A DNA stretch of 64,000 nt from the NCBI RefSeq assembly GCF_006345805.1, contig NC_043010.1:36456001-36520000 (forward strand), written 5' to 3'. Positions 12,583-25,956 of the stretch are shown one piece after another. Source of the stretch: Octopus sinensis (Eukaryota). The notes beneath the pieces were generated by a model. That model saw nothing but the letters and a program-made list of their open reading frames with translations. It was not told the DNA's origin and did not search any database. The translations under genes were made by a program, and so were the position numbers. Every line of letters starts with the position of its first letter. Within the stretch, counting starts at the first letter, position 1.

Positions 12583-13606
12583 ATATATATATATGTACGT
12601 GTGTGAGTCTGTGTGTGTGAGTTTTTGTCTGTGTTTGTTTCTCACTACTGGCTGACAACCGATGATGGTTTGTTGCGTCCAGTAACTTAGCGTTTGGGCA
12701 ATATGGACCGATAGAATAAAATCATGCCATAGGGTCGATTTGTTCGACTAAAATTTTTTCAAGGTGGTGCCGTAGCTTGGCCACAATCTATTGACTGAAG
12801 CAAGGAATAGAATGAAAGAATACGGACAAGACCTGAAATTCAGGAGAGAGGACTACAACGATCCGAAAGAATGAAAGACAGAAAAAAAAAAGAATAAAAG
12901 AAGCGACCGTAGTAGAATTTGATCTCAGAACTTAAAGTCACAATTTGTGTTGACCAGCGTACACACGATTCTGTTGGCTCGTTGCCTTGGGTAATTCAAG
13001 GTTTTTAAGTAGGTTTTAAACGCTGAAAACTAGAATAGGGCAATTTTCATCAATACACAGTAGTAGAAAAGAAAAGCACTAATTCAATAGAACTTGCAGA
13101 AATGAAGGAGAAAATTAGAATAGATTATAGAAGAGTATAATTGTTAAGATAAAAAGAAAAAAATAACAAAGCCTGCAATAAGATTATGGCTATAAATACA
13201 CAAGCTGCCTCAGTCATAAACAACCGTTTCGACATAATAAATTGGAAGGTAAGTGAACTGAAGCGCTTAGATAAGAAGACTATAAAACACTCACAACATT
13301 CCGAACTCACTATCATAAAACTAAGATATAACAGCGCGTAGACAAGGGAGAAGACGCAGATACGTACGCAGTGTTGTTAGGAAGACAGACACCACATGAG
13401 TCTAGAAAAATACTTAAAACCCAGAAAAAGGCACCCCGATTAGTATTATAAGATAACATAAAAAAAACACAAACATCTCTCACACACACATACACACACA
13501 TTATACGCCCGCATTCAAGAAAACGAGAATGTACAAACTAGAAGTTAATTACACAGGGAAAAGGCTTTGATAAGGGCTAGACAAAAGAAAACAGGAAAAT
13601 AAAATG

Positions 13607-13607
<1 letters not shown>

Positions 13608-13666
<59 letters not shown>

Positions 13667-13681
13667 GAGTAGAGTGCAGTG

Positions 13682-13736
<55 letters not shown>

Positions 13737-13799
13737 GAGTAGAGAGCAGTGCATTATTATTATTATTATTATATTATTATTATTGAGTAGAGAGCAGTG

Positions 13800-13852
<53 letters not shown>

Positions 13853-13966
13853 TTTTTATTATTATTATTATTAATTATTATTATTTTTATTATTATTATT
13901 ATTATTTTTTATATTTATTATTATTATTATTATTATTGGTTTTATTATTATCATTATTATTATTAC

Positions 13967-14012
<46 letters not shown>

Positions 14013-14026
14013 GATGTTGTTATTGT
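13608..14026. repeat. (ATT)n microsatellite with three 16-bp retroelement 3' stubs
   Basis: GAGTAGAG(A/T)GCAGTGC at 13667, 13737 and 13785. Confidence 0.9.
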
Positions 14027-14337
14027 AGTTTAAAAAAGAAGGAAGAAAAAGCGATAAAAATTAAACAACAAACACCCCACAAAGAACTAATGGAACAATT
14101 GTTGAGGGAGAGAGAGAGAGAGAGAGAGGGCGATGGAGAAGGAAAAGAGAGAGACAGAAATCATTTTTATGTTAAGTGTACCGTATGACTGGAGGAGAGC
14201 GAAAGGAAATGGGTTAATATGAACTGGGAACAAAAACACGAAAGCTTTAGATTAAGATAAAGAACGGAAGTCAGATTTTAGATACACAAATTCTATGCCT
14301 ACTGCGCGCGCACAATAAAATAGAATTGCCAATCGTG

Positions 14338-14438
14338 GCACTCCGTCGGTTACGACGACGAGGGTTCCAGTTGATCTGATCAATTGAGCAGCCTGCTCGT
14401 GAAATTAACGTGCAAATGGCTGAGAGCTCTACAGATAC
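14338..14438 (-). mobile_element. SINE family C 3' fragment
   Basis: Matches 63294-63395 (GCACTCCGTCGGTT...GCCTGCTCGTGAAATTAACGTG). Confidence 0.8.
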
Positions 14439-14439
14439 A

Positions 14440-14604
14440 GGCGCAGAAGTGGCTGCGTGGTAAGTAGCTTGCTTACCAACCGCATGGTTCTGGGTTCAGT
14501 CGCACTGCGTGGCACCTTGGGCGAGTGTCTTCTACTATAGCCTCTGGCCGACCAAAGCCTTGTGAGTGGATTTGGTAGACGGAAACTGGAAGAAGCCCGT
14601 CGTC

Positions 14605-14673
<69 letters not shown>

Positions 14674-14876
14674 CTGTGTTTGTCCCACCAACATCGATTG
14701 ACAACCGATGTTGGTGTGTTTATGTCCCCGTAACTTAGCGGTTCGGCGAAAGAGACCGATAGAATAAGTACTAGGCTTACAAAGAATAAGTCCTGGGGTC
14801 GATTTGCTCGACTAAAGGCGTTGCTCCAGCACGGCCGCATTGAAATGACTGAAACAAGTAAATGAGTAAATGAGTA
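14440..14876 (+). mobile_element. SINE family B, full length, with internal (TA)n(TG)n
   Basis: tRNA-like head GTGGCTGCGTGGTAAG...GGTTCAGTC, GGCACCTTGGGCGAGTG core, and 3' ATGACTGAAACAAGTAAA tail. Confidence 0.9.
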
Positions 14877-15589
14877 TAAGTGTACTCATAATGTATTATG
14901 ACTAGTATTTTAACATTAAAAAATACTAAAATCCCATAGTGAAAAGCGTGAAAACCAGACCATGTTTTAACTTTATTCAACGGTTATATTATTCTATACA
15001 CATTCATACAAATTCGGAAAGAGTTTTTTACATTCTATGTTAATTTTTTTTATTACTTTCTGCTGGAGAGTGTAGGCTGAAAACGTACAAGACATTTTCA
15101 TTTTTCCGAATGTCAAACTAATACACCTGTTTTCGTGTTTAGTCTTTCTATAAATTTCGGCTATATATAGCGTTGCTAATATATAAAAAAGGTTCTAAGT
15201 CCAATACGTTGCTTTTTCACAAAAAGAAAAAAAAATAGCTTCACTATTCCATAGCAAAACCGCTGTACTACACTTTGATAATTTTTTTATATCTTGACAT
15301 TTCGAGCAGCTGGAGATACGATAGTTTGACCAAAATAACCGTTTGTCGCAAGCAAAAATAATTATTGAAAAAAACGCACTTGGCCAAATTTAGACATACG
15401 ACATTTCAATATAATAACAATGATATATATATAATATATATATAATATTATATATATATACTTTGATACTTTGATAGGTTTCGGCCATTATTGGCCCAGG
15501 TCATGTCTAACTTAATAGCACCGCCTGGTGCTATAGATATATATATATATATATGACGGAACGCACGCATCCATTTCTAAGTAAGATTG

Positions 15590-15688
<99 letters not shown>

Positions 15689-15761
15689 TATATATATAGA
15701 TATATAGATAAATATATATATATATATAGATATAGATATATAGATAAATATATATATATAT

Positions 15762-15816
<55 letters not shown>

Positions 15817-15912
15817 TAAGAGATGTAGGTGAAATAGCACAGAAGTTAATAATATAAAACATTTCAATTTAAGAAGGAATTTAATAAAATGATTTTAAAA
15901 TTATAGAAAGAA

Positions 15913-15950
15913 AATATTACCGGTTTCAATGATGAATCTTATCAAATATC
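15913..15950 (-). ncRNA. Minimal type I hammerhead ribozyme, U3-A8 variant
   Basis: Minus strand: gauau UUGAUAA gau-ucauc-auu GAAA ccgg UA auauu. Stems I and II are weak. Confidence 0.6.
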
Positions 15951-16329
15951 AGCAAAAATTTATGAAAATTTTAAATAAAAACGGTTAACCTACCTGGGTG
16001 TGAGGTAGGGAAGTAATACACACGCATATGTGTATGTGTATGTTTGTGGCACACATATGTGCATTTGTGTGTGTTTGTGTGTATATATGTGCGTGTGTCT
16101 TTGTGTCTGTCCCCGATCAGCACATGACAACCGGTGTTGGTGTGTTTACGTCCCCGTAGCTTAGCAATTGAGCAAAAGTGACGGATAGAATACGTACCAG
16201 GCTTTAAAAAAATTAAGTTCTGCGGTCTATTCAATTGATTGCAAAAAAAAAAAAAATCAAGGCTGTGCTCCAACATGGTCGTAGTCTAATGACTGAACAG
16301 ATGAAAGAAAAGCTAAAAGAATACAAAAT

Positions 16330-16896
16330 GTTCTTTTCTACTCTAGACACAAGTCCCGAATTTTTGGGGGAGAGAGCCAGTCGATTTGATCGACTCCAGT
16401 ACGCTACTGGTACTTAATTTAATGACCCCGAAAGGATGAATGGTAAAGTCTACCTCGGCGGAATTTGAACTCAGAACGTAAAAGAAATTCAAAATATTCT
16501 TTTCTACTCTAGGCCCAAGGCCCGAGGTTTTGAGGGAAGGGGCCAGTCGATTAGATCGACCCCAGTTCGCAACTGGTACTTAATTTATCGACCCCGAAAG
16601 AATGAAAGGTAAAGTCGACCTCTGCGAAATTTGAACTCAGAACGTAAAGACAGACGAAATACCTATTTCTTTACTACCCACAAGGGGCTAAACACAGAGA
16701 CGACAAACAAGGACAGGCAAAGGGATTAAATCGATTATATCGACCACAGTACGTAACTGGTACTTATTTAATCGACCCCGAAAGGATGGAAAGCAAAGTC
16801 GACCTCGGCGGAATTTGAACTCAAAACCTAAAGACAGACGAAATACCGCTAAGAATTTTGCCCGGCGTGCTAACGTGTCTGCCAGCTCACCGCCTT
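16330..16896 (-). mobile_element. SINE family A dimer/trimer
   Basis: Head near 16895, junction GAAATACCTATTTC at 16656-16669; distal units have the alternative TGCCTAGAGTAGAAAAGAA-type tail. Confidence 0.85.
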
Positions 16897-17199
16897 AAAA
16901 ATACGAAATATTCAGCCATCACTGGAAGACGACCAAAATTACTTTTGTTCGACATGGACAATGTTTTAAACTTTCTCATTTCTCTTTCAGAACAGCACAA
17001 GGTCCACTTCTTGTGTTTGTACGGTGTTGTGGCGTGTATGCGTTGAGGACCCTAAGAGCGATATACCAGCGGTGCACAACTTCCTTGTAGGGACTTCTAT
17101 GTTGGGCAGGTGAAAGGATGGTGGAGAGACTAATACGGACCCTGCCACTTCCCAGAAATAAAATAGATCTGCGTGGGGCAGACCCCAGGATTTATGTTT

Positions 17200-17733
17200 T
17201 TTTTTTCCTTTTTAGTCTAGTACTTATTCTGCCGATCTCTTCAGCCGAACCACTGGGTTACGGGAACGTAAACACGCCAACACCGGTTGTCAAGCTGTGG
17301 TGGTGGGAGACAAACACAGATACAAAGCAAAGACACACACACTGACGCATATGTGTGTGCGTGTGTCTTTGTGTCTGTGTTTGTCCCCCCACCATCGCTT
17401 GACAACCGGGGCTTGGTACTTAGCTGCTCGGTAAAGAAACCGATAGAATAAGTACTAGGACTTCAAAATAAGTCCTGGGGTCAAATTGTTCGACAAAAAA
17501 AAAGAAGAAAATACTTCAAGGCAGTGCTCCAGCATGACCTTAACCAAATGACCGAAACAAATAAAAGAATATATATATATATATATATGACAGGATTCTT
17601 TCAGTTTCCGTCTGCCAAATCCACTCACAAGGCTTGGTCGGCCCAAGGCTAAAGTAGAAGACACTTGCCCAAAGTGGCACACAGTGGGATGAACCCAGAA
17701 CCATGAGGCTGCGAAGCAAGCTTCTTACCACGT
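17200..17733. mobile_element. SINE family B minus copy interrupted by a plus-strand 3' half
   Basis: 17200-17340 (-, 3' half), 17350-17570 (+, 3' half), 17587-17733 (-, 5' half). Confidence 0.75.
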
Positions 17734-18267
17734 AATCTTGAAGTTCCAACTTGCTCACTTTCTTCAGACTGGTCAGATGACCTTGTGGTTGTTGCTGTTG
17801 CTATTTCTGATAGGGGTCAACACTGTTGCTGTTGTCGTTGCTGTTGCCATCGCTGCTGCTGTGCCTACTGTTGTTGCTGCCTTTTTTGTTACTGTTCTTG
17901 CAGTCCTTGATGTTGCTGCTGTTGCTTCTGTTGTTGTTGTTGTTGTTGTTGTTTTTAAGCAACAAGACGGGTAAGGGGGAATAGGTGATGGTGTAGGCCT
18001 TAGGGGCGGGAGACCCCAGACCTTGGAAAAAAAAACTTTGGTCGTCTTGTTGTAGTCGAGGGCTCTTCGTTGACGCCCGACACCACTAGGAGGTGGCCCT
18101 CGAAGGCGCTGGAAATGGAGATCTCCAGGTCCAAATTCTTGAACGGCTGCTGCTGCTGGTGTTGTTGCTGTTGTTGTTGTTGATATTTTTTTGGTTGTTG
18201 TTGTTTCCGCTTGCTGTTGTTCTTCTCTTGTTGCATCTCCTGTTTCTGTCTGTATTGTTGTTGATAT

Positions 18268-18628
18268 TCTTTTCTATTCTAGGCACAAGGTCCGATGAGA
18301 TTGACTGCAGTATTTCACTGGTACTTAATTTATCGATCCCGAATGAATAAAAGGCCAAGTCGACCTCGGCGGAATTTGAACTCAGAACGTAAAGGCAGAC
18401 AAAATACCTATTTCTTTATTACCCACAAGGGGCTAAACACAGAGGGGACAAACAAGGACAGACATAGGTATTAAGTCGATTACATCGACCCCAGTACGTA
18501 ACTGGTACTTAATTTATCGACCCCAAAAGGATGAAAGGCAAAGTTGACCTCGGCGGAATTTGAACTCAGAACGTAAAGGCAGACAAAATACCGCTAGGCA
18601 TTTCGGCCGGCATGCTAACGTTTCTGCA
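18268..18628 (-). mobile_element. SINE family A dimer
   Basis: Junction AAAATACCTATTTC at 18401-18414. Confidence 0.85.
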
Positions 18629-18651
18629 TGTTATTAGTGTTGCCGATATGG

Positions 18652-18715
18652 TAATAGTTGTAGTAGTAGTAGTAGTAGTAGTAGTAGTGTAGTAGTAGTA
18701 GTAGTAGTAGTAGTA

Positions 18716-18753
<38 letters not shown>

Positions 18754-18895
18754 TAGTAGTAGTAGTAGTGTAGTAGTAGTAGTAGTGTAGTAGTAGTAGT
18801 AGTAGTAGTAGTGTAGTAGTAGTAGTAGTAGTGTAGTAGTAGTAGTAGTGTAGTAGTAGTAGTAGTAGTGTAGTAGTAGTAGTAGTAGTAGTAGT

Positions 18896-18928
<33 letters not shown>

Positions 18929-21445
18929 TAGTAGTAGTAGTAGTAGTGTAGTAGTAGTAGTAGTAGAGTAGTGACACCGCTATCAGTCAGTGCCATCTTG
19001 CTAAAAGAAATCCTAATTAGATTAGAGTGTCATGGAGTGGAGGGTGTTGGGTGGCTGGTGGGTGTAGTAATAATGGTGGTGGTGGTGGTGGTGGTGGTGG
19101 TTGTGGTGGTGGTTGTGGTGATGGTGGTGGTGGTTGTGGTAATAGTGGTGGTGGTTGTAGTAGTGGTTGTGGTGGCGGTTGTAGTGATGCCGGTTGTAGT
19201 AGTGGAGGTGGTGTTGACAGTGGTCGTGACGGTTGTAGTAGCGGTGATGTTAATAGTTGTGGTGATGTGATGGAGAAGGTGATAGTGATGGTGGTTGTGG
19301 TGGTGGTCGTGGTGGTGGTGGGGCGGGTGGAAGCTATTGGCTTTGGTGTTGATGGTGGTGATGATGATGATGCTAGTGGTGGTGGTTTCAATTTTGGTGA
19401 CGATGCTTATGGTGGTGGTGGTGGCTTCGATGGGGCGATGGAAGTGATGGTGGTGATGGTGGTGATGACGATGATGATTGTGGCGGTGATGGAGATGTAA
19501 ACCATGGTAGTTTTGATGTTGGCAGTGATGATGGGGTTGAGGCCCGTGGTAGCGATGATGGAGGCGATGGTAATGATGATAGCGCTAATGATGAATCCTG
19601 TAAGATAGAGATGGCGGGGTGGGCGGTTATTGGGTCGAGGAGGAAATTTGATGAAGAAATTGGTTGTAGAAGAAGAAAAAATACCCAAAAAAACATCAGC
19701 GATAAAGGAGAATTGGGGCGGGTTGCATTGGTGTGGTGTGGCGTTGTTTTTGGGGTGGAGGGATTAAGCATGTCTTGAAAAATACAACAGTAAAGAAAAA
19801 ACAAAATGGCTGCCTAAATGTTAAAAATATCCGTTGTTTCTGTTGATGCTGGTGATTGTGTTGTCGTTGCTGATAGCGTGATGGACGATGTTGCTGTTGC
19901 TGTTGCTATTGCTGTATTTATTGTTGTTGTTGTTCTTGCTGATGTTGCTGCTGTTGCTGTTGATGTTGTTATTGTTGTTATTGCTGTGTTTATTGTTGTT
20001 GTTGTTGTAGTTGCTGGTGTTGCTGGTGTTGCTGGTGTTGCTGTTGATGTTGTTATTGTTGTTATTGCTGTGTTTATTGTTGTTGTTGTAGTTGCTGGTG
20101 TTGCTGTTGATGTTGTTGTTGTTGCTGATGTTGTTGCTGCTGTTGCTGCTGCTGCTGATGTTGTTGTTGTTATTGTTGTTTTATTGTTGTTTTTATTGTT
20201 GTTGTTGTTGCTGGTGTTGCTGGTGTTGCTATTGCTGTGTTTATTGTTGTTGTTGTTGCTGTTTCTGTTGATGTTGTTGTTGTTGTTGTTATATTTATTG
20301 TTGTTGTTGCTGTTTCTGTTGTTGTTGTTGATGTTGTTACTGTTGTATTTATTGTTGTTGTTGCTGATGTTGTTGCTGTTTCAGTTGTTGTTGTTGTTGT
20401 TACTGCTGTAATTATTGTTGTTGTTGATGTTCTTGTTTCTGTTATTTTTGTTGTTATTGCTGTATTTATTGTTGATGTTGATAGGTGTAGGAGTAGCTGT
20501 GTGGTAAGTGCTTACGGACCACATGGTTCCGGGTTCAGTCCCACTGCGTGGCACCTTAGGCAAGTGTCTCCTACTATAGCCTCGGGTCAACCAAAGCCTT
20601 GTGAGTGGATTTGGTAGACGGAAACTGAAAGAATCCCGTCGTATGTATATATATATCACGTGATCACGTGACCGACCAGACCATCAGATGTTGTTACACA
20701 TCGCTGGTCACAATGCGTTCGCATTGTTTTAGCCTTCGAATGACGCTACCCCGCTGGCTAAGCGAGCAGGCCATATATATATATATATGTGTGTGTATGT
20801 GTGTATGTATGTGTTTGTATATGTTTGTGTGTCTGTTTGTCCCTCCTCCCCCCGCCAACATCGCTTGACAACCGATGCTGGTGTGTTTACGTCTCCGTTA
20901 TCTAGCGGTTCGGCAAAAGTGACCGATCGAATAAGTACTAGGCTTACAAAGAATAAGTCCTGGGGTTGATTTGCTCGACTAAAAGGTGGTGCTCCAGCAT
21001 GGCCACAGTCAAATGACTGAAACAAGTAAAAGAGTAATGAGAGAGTTGATGCTGTTTCTGTTGTTATTGCTGTATTTATTTTTGTTGTCGATGTTGCGAC
21101 TAATTGTGATAGATGTCGGCGATGGTGACAGTAGTGGTAAAAACAGTAGCGGTGATAGTACTTGTGGTGAGGGCCGAGGTAGCAACAGTAGCGGTGGTGA
21201 TACAAGAAGTCGCAATGTACTAATGAGAGTTCAGGTGATAGTAGTAGTGGTGGTTGAAATAGTTATGGTAGTAGTATAGCAATGGTGGTGTATTGATGGC
21301 CGAAGTGGCGGCGTTAGTGGTAGGTGAAGGGTAGTAGGTAGAATGGTAGTAGTAGTAGAGGCAATAGTGATGGTGGTGAGGTTTCTTGAGTTAATAACAG
21401 TGGTGGTGCCAGTTGTAATACTGATGGTGATAATAATAGCAGCAC

Positions 21446-21493
<48 letters not shown>

Positions 21494-21720
21494 CAAAAGT
21501 AGCAGTAATAATGGTATTGGTACTAGTAGTAGGAGAAGGAAGTGGAGGGCGAGGGGAAGGAGAAGTCGGTGGAAGAGTAGTAATGGTAGTAGTAGTAGTG
21601 GTAGTAGTAGTGGTAACGGTAGTAGCAGTTGTAGCAATAGTGGTTGTGGCAGTTGCAGTAGCAGTAGCAGTAACAAGAACAGCAATAACAGCAGAAGCAG
21701 CAGCAGCAGCAGCAGCAGCA

Positions 21721-21782
<62 letters not shown>

Positions 21783-21852
21783 ACACCAGTGGTAGTCGTT
21801 ATGTTGAACGTACTTGTAGGAAGCGGTAAGTTTGCAAAAAAAAACCCAGAAA

Positions 21853-21888
<36 letters not shown>

Positions 21889-22046
21889 CAAATGTACTAG
21901 TATTAGTAGTAATAGTAGCAGCAGTAGTTGTAATTGTAGCAGTAGTAGCAAAATATTAGTAGTAGTTGTTGTAGTAGCAGCAGCAGTAGTTCTAGTAGTA
22001 GTAGTTGTAGTAGTAGTAGTAGTAGTAATAGTAGTAGTAGTAGTTC

Positions 22047-22085
<39 letters not shown>

Positions 22086-22560
22086 CAGTAGTAGTAGTAG
22101 TAGTAGTAGTAGGAGTAGTAGTAACACCAGTGGTAGTCGTTATGTTGAACGTACTTGTAGGAAGCGGTAAGTTTGCAAAAAAAAAAAAGAAAAAAAAAAG
22201 GAAAAAGACGAAAGAAAAAGAAAAAAAGCGAAAATTCCGTGTATTTCCTGGAAAAAAACTGCCAGAATTCTATAGAACCTGTTACAGTTGTAGTTGTAGT
22301 TACAGTTGTGATGCCCTTTGCTGTTTTTTACGTTATTGTTGTTGGCGGCGGCGGTGTTTGAGTTAACGATCTTCTAGAGCGGAATCTTTGGTGCCGTTGT
22401 GGGAAGGCAGTGGATACGATGATAGGGGAAACTGTTGTTGTTGTTGTTGTCATTGTTGTTATTGCTGTTTTTCTACTTGTTGTTGTTGTTGCTGCTCGTT
22501 GCTGATGTTGTTTCTGTTATTGGCCGTTATTGTTGTTGTTGTTCTTGCTGTTGTGTTGTG
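18652..22560. repeat. Long compound trinucleotide field (TAG)n, (GGT)n, (TTG)n, (TAG)n
   Basis: Direct reading; produces the poly-V/L/G/T pseudo-ORFs. Confidence 0.93.
20484..21036 (+). mobile_element. SINE family B, full length, hosting a 117-bp insert in its central (TA)n
   Basis: Matches 14440-14876. Confidence 0.9.
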
Positions 22561-22851
22561 CTTTTTTTTTTCTATTTCTTGCTCTCTCGTTGTTGGCCTT
22601 GCTGACGGCACTGCTTTCGGTTATCGTATAAACATGTAAGAACAGCTGTGAGATAAATACCTGAAGAATAATGTATTCCATTACACGTTTAAACATACAT
22701 ACGCATGTGTGTATGTTTGGACGTGTACATATGTATATACATAGGGGGTTGTACTGGAAATCGGAGGCGTCGGAGTGGAGGACGTGGCCTGGCTTCGAAA
22801 AGCAGATGATTACATTTATATATATGTGTGTGTGTGTATGTATATATATGT

Positions 22852-22897
<46 letters not shown>

Positions 22898-22990
22898 TAC
22901 ATATATACATATATACATACAATGTATGTATATATATATACACATATACATATATTACATACATATGTATGTATGTATGTATGTATGTAC

Positions 22991-23024
<34 letters not shown>

Positions 23025-23110
23025 GTACATACATACATACTTACATACATACATACATACATACCATACATACATACATACATACATACATACTACATAT
23101 ATATATATAG

Positions 23111-23202
<92 letters not shown>

Positions 23203-23999
23203 GGATAGATAGATAGATAGATTGATAGATATGCATACATACATACATAAACATATACAACTTTACATGTTTGTGAAAATATATTGATTCACGTATATGC
23301 AAAAGTATGTACTTGTGCGCAGACACACACACATACACACGCACATATATATAAATACACGCACACATACACATATATACACACATAGGCGAGTAAATAT
23401 GTACATAGATACATACAGACGAGCATGCACATATATATATATCCAGAGCAGTATCCAGAGACAAAATTTCTATCACTTTCTCTGAATTCCTCAACATGAA
23501 ATTGATATTTATCCAGACAAGTACAAGATACGTTATATTACATTAGGATTAACAATACGGCTGAAGCAACGAACCCCGATGAAATATTCTGTGGTGTGAT
23601 CTAACAAATTGTAGGGTCTTATATATGTACGTTAGGGATTTGCAAAGCTATAATTATTTGAAAATATTCATGCAGTTTCGAGACACAGTATCTCTTTGGA
23701 GTGGTTAAAAGCCGAAATCGCTAAACAAGTGATATAACTCCAGTACTAATTGGAATCGATATCTTTAAATTTAAATTGACATACATGGGAAGAGATCTCT
23801 GAAGCCCAACTGGTGAAGGCAACGAGTCCGTTTTGTCCTTATTAGCACTCCTCGGTGAAAGATATTGTACATAGATTGGCATAGACTACGTACACACACA
23901 AACACACATACATGCTCATATAAATACACACATATACATGCGTACATATAAGTATAAATATACGTATATATAGATGCATGTGTATGTATATAGATAGAC

Positions 24000-24298
24000 A
24001 CACATATGGATAGATTAATAATGCATGCTTGCATAATTTGAGAATCTGCCGATCTTTCCGAAACGTGTGTAAGCTAATTAAATTATGTATAATTCTTTAC
24101 GCATGATTGCAATTTGCTTTGCGAATAATAGCATATTCACTAAATAGCTTGGTTCACACACACATAATACATATGTATTGTGTGTGTGTGTGTGTGTGTG
24201 TAGAATTATGCATAATTTAATTAGCTTACACACGTTTCGGATAGAACGGCAGATTCCAAAATTTTGCAATCATGCGTATTAATCGATCCTTATGTGTG
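24000..24298. mobile_element. MITE/fold-back-like element with ~97-bp inverted repeats
   Basis: GAATCTGCCGATCTTTCCGAAACGTGTGTAAGCTAATTAAATTATG (about 24042-24087) versus its near reverse complement at about 24211-24256; the arms extend to about 24000 and 24298. Confidence 0.75.
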
Positions 24299-25087
24299 TA
24301 TGTATATAAGATTCTGTAGCGATAGAGAAATTTAGCACTTACTTCTCCTTATGAAAGCTATATCACGCCGCTTAGAACAGAGGGCATTTTAAGAGAGATA
24401 AATAGTAGTAAAACTAACAAAAGTTAGAGGTATTTCAGTAGACCTACCTAGAAATTGTATTTATTAGCTCATGATAGAATTGTTATAGGGTACTTCATTT
24501 CCTCAATCTCACCTGTCAACCTGAAGAATGTTTATGGCAAGGTTCCTCCCATGTTTAAACTATGACTGACCTATTCAAATACACAGAGGAGGTAGGTAGA
24601 ACCAAGCTATTTAGTGAATATGCTATTATCCGCAAACCAATTGTCACTATTACACAAGATAACTGGTATGTTATATAAAACATAAAAATACCGATTAAGT
24701 TTCCTGCGTTTCTTATTAATATATAATGTGGTTCGAACTCCCACGTTAGCCTATTCTGATCTGGTGATCATTGTGCAACCGCGTTGAGCATTAAAGGTGA
24801 GTATGGAACCGTTTTAGCACGTTATGTGTGGTGCCTTGCAGCATTATTTTAAATTATGTATGCAACGCCATCGAAAACAGCAGCGACGAAAACATCATCA
24901 TCATCAACGACAATAACAACATCAACAGCAAGCACTTCAGCTACGGCATTAACATCTTTGAGTAGATCTGGTAGAACATCATCAAAACCAACAGCATCAA
25001 CATCATCATCATCATCAATGCCATACTAGAGATAGTAGCCAAAATATCACTTATATCTCACCTTATTCTCTTAAAAATGCTGGATAC

Positions 25088-25578
25088 ATTCATTCGCTTA
25101 TTCTTTCATTCGCTTATTCTTTCATTCGTTTATTCTTTCATTCGCTTATTCTTTCATTCGTCTATTTCATTCGTTTATTCTTGTATTCGTTTATTCTTTT
25201 ATTCTTTTACTTGTTTCACTCATTTTTGACTGCGGCCACGCTGGAGCATCGCCTTTTAGTCGAACAAATCGACCCCAGCACTTATTCTTTGTAAGCCTAG
25301 TACTTATTCTATCGGTCTCTTTTGCGGAACCGTTAAGTTACGGGGACGTAAACACATCAGCATCGGTTGTCAAGCTACGTTGAAGAGGGGGCGGACAAAC
25401 ACAGACACATAGACATATACATACACACACACACACACACACTCATATATATATATATATATATGCTTTGGTTGGCCCGAAGCTATAGTAGAAGACTTCT
25501 GCTCAAGATGCCATAAGTGGGACTGAACCCGGAACCATGTGGTTGGTAAGCAAGCTACTTACCACACATTCACACCTA
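25088..25578 (-). mobile_element. SINE family B with tail expanded into a 16-bp minisatellite (TTCATTCGCTTATTCT)n
   Basis: About seven units at 25088-25205 abut the SINE 3' end. Confidence 0.8.
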
Positions 25579-25924
25579 TTTGACAACAATATTATTCACT
25601 GCCTGGCAAAAAATAAGCAGCAAAAGAATAATGAAGGAAAACAAAACAAATAAAAGCGGGTATGCTAACGTCTTCTCAATTCGTCCTGTCTTTTTCTACA
25701 CGTCGCAGTTGTCTCCCCTTCAAGTTTTCGCTTCATCTCTTCCTCAAGTCACGTATCTTACTTGACTGCATCTATCTCTTTTAGCGATACCTATTTGGAT
25801 TAGACAGGCCAAATTACAACCACTACCATCCATCATCATCGTCAACACCCTCCTCCTCCTCCTCTTCTTCTTCTTCTTCTTCTTCTTTTTCCTCCTCCAC
25901 CTCATCATCATCATTATCATCAAT

Positions 25925-25956
<32 letters not shown>

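Larger units (their letters stand above)
10661..12820 (+). mobile_element. SINE family B copy split by nested insertions in its central microsatellite
   Basis: The 5' half 10661-10825 (tRNA-like head, GGCACCCTGGGTAAGTG) and the 3' half 12625-12820 match the intact copy at 14440-14876. Confidence 0.75.

Noticed and set aside
17776-18270. Minus-strand open frame containing RQRR|ALDYN (TGF-beta-like furin site)
   Set aside because: No cystine-knot Cys pattern and no start codon before the motif; the frame is open mainly because of CAA/CAG repeats.
19027-20617. Long Gly/Val/Leu/Pro-rich ORFs
   Set aside because: Translations of trinucleotide microsatellites, open in several frames on both strands.
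22742-22813. Small GC-rich patch as a micro-exon
   Set aside because: No convincing splice-site pair or recognisable peptide.
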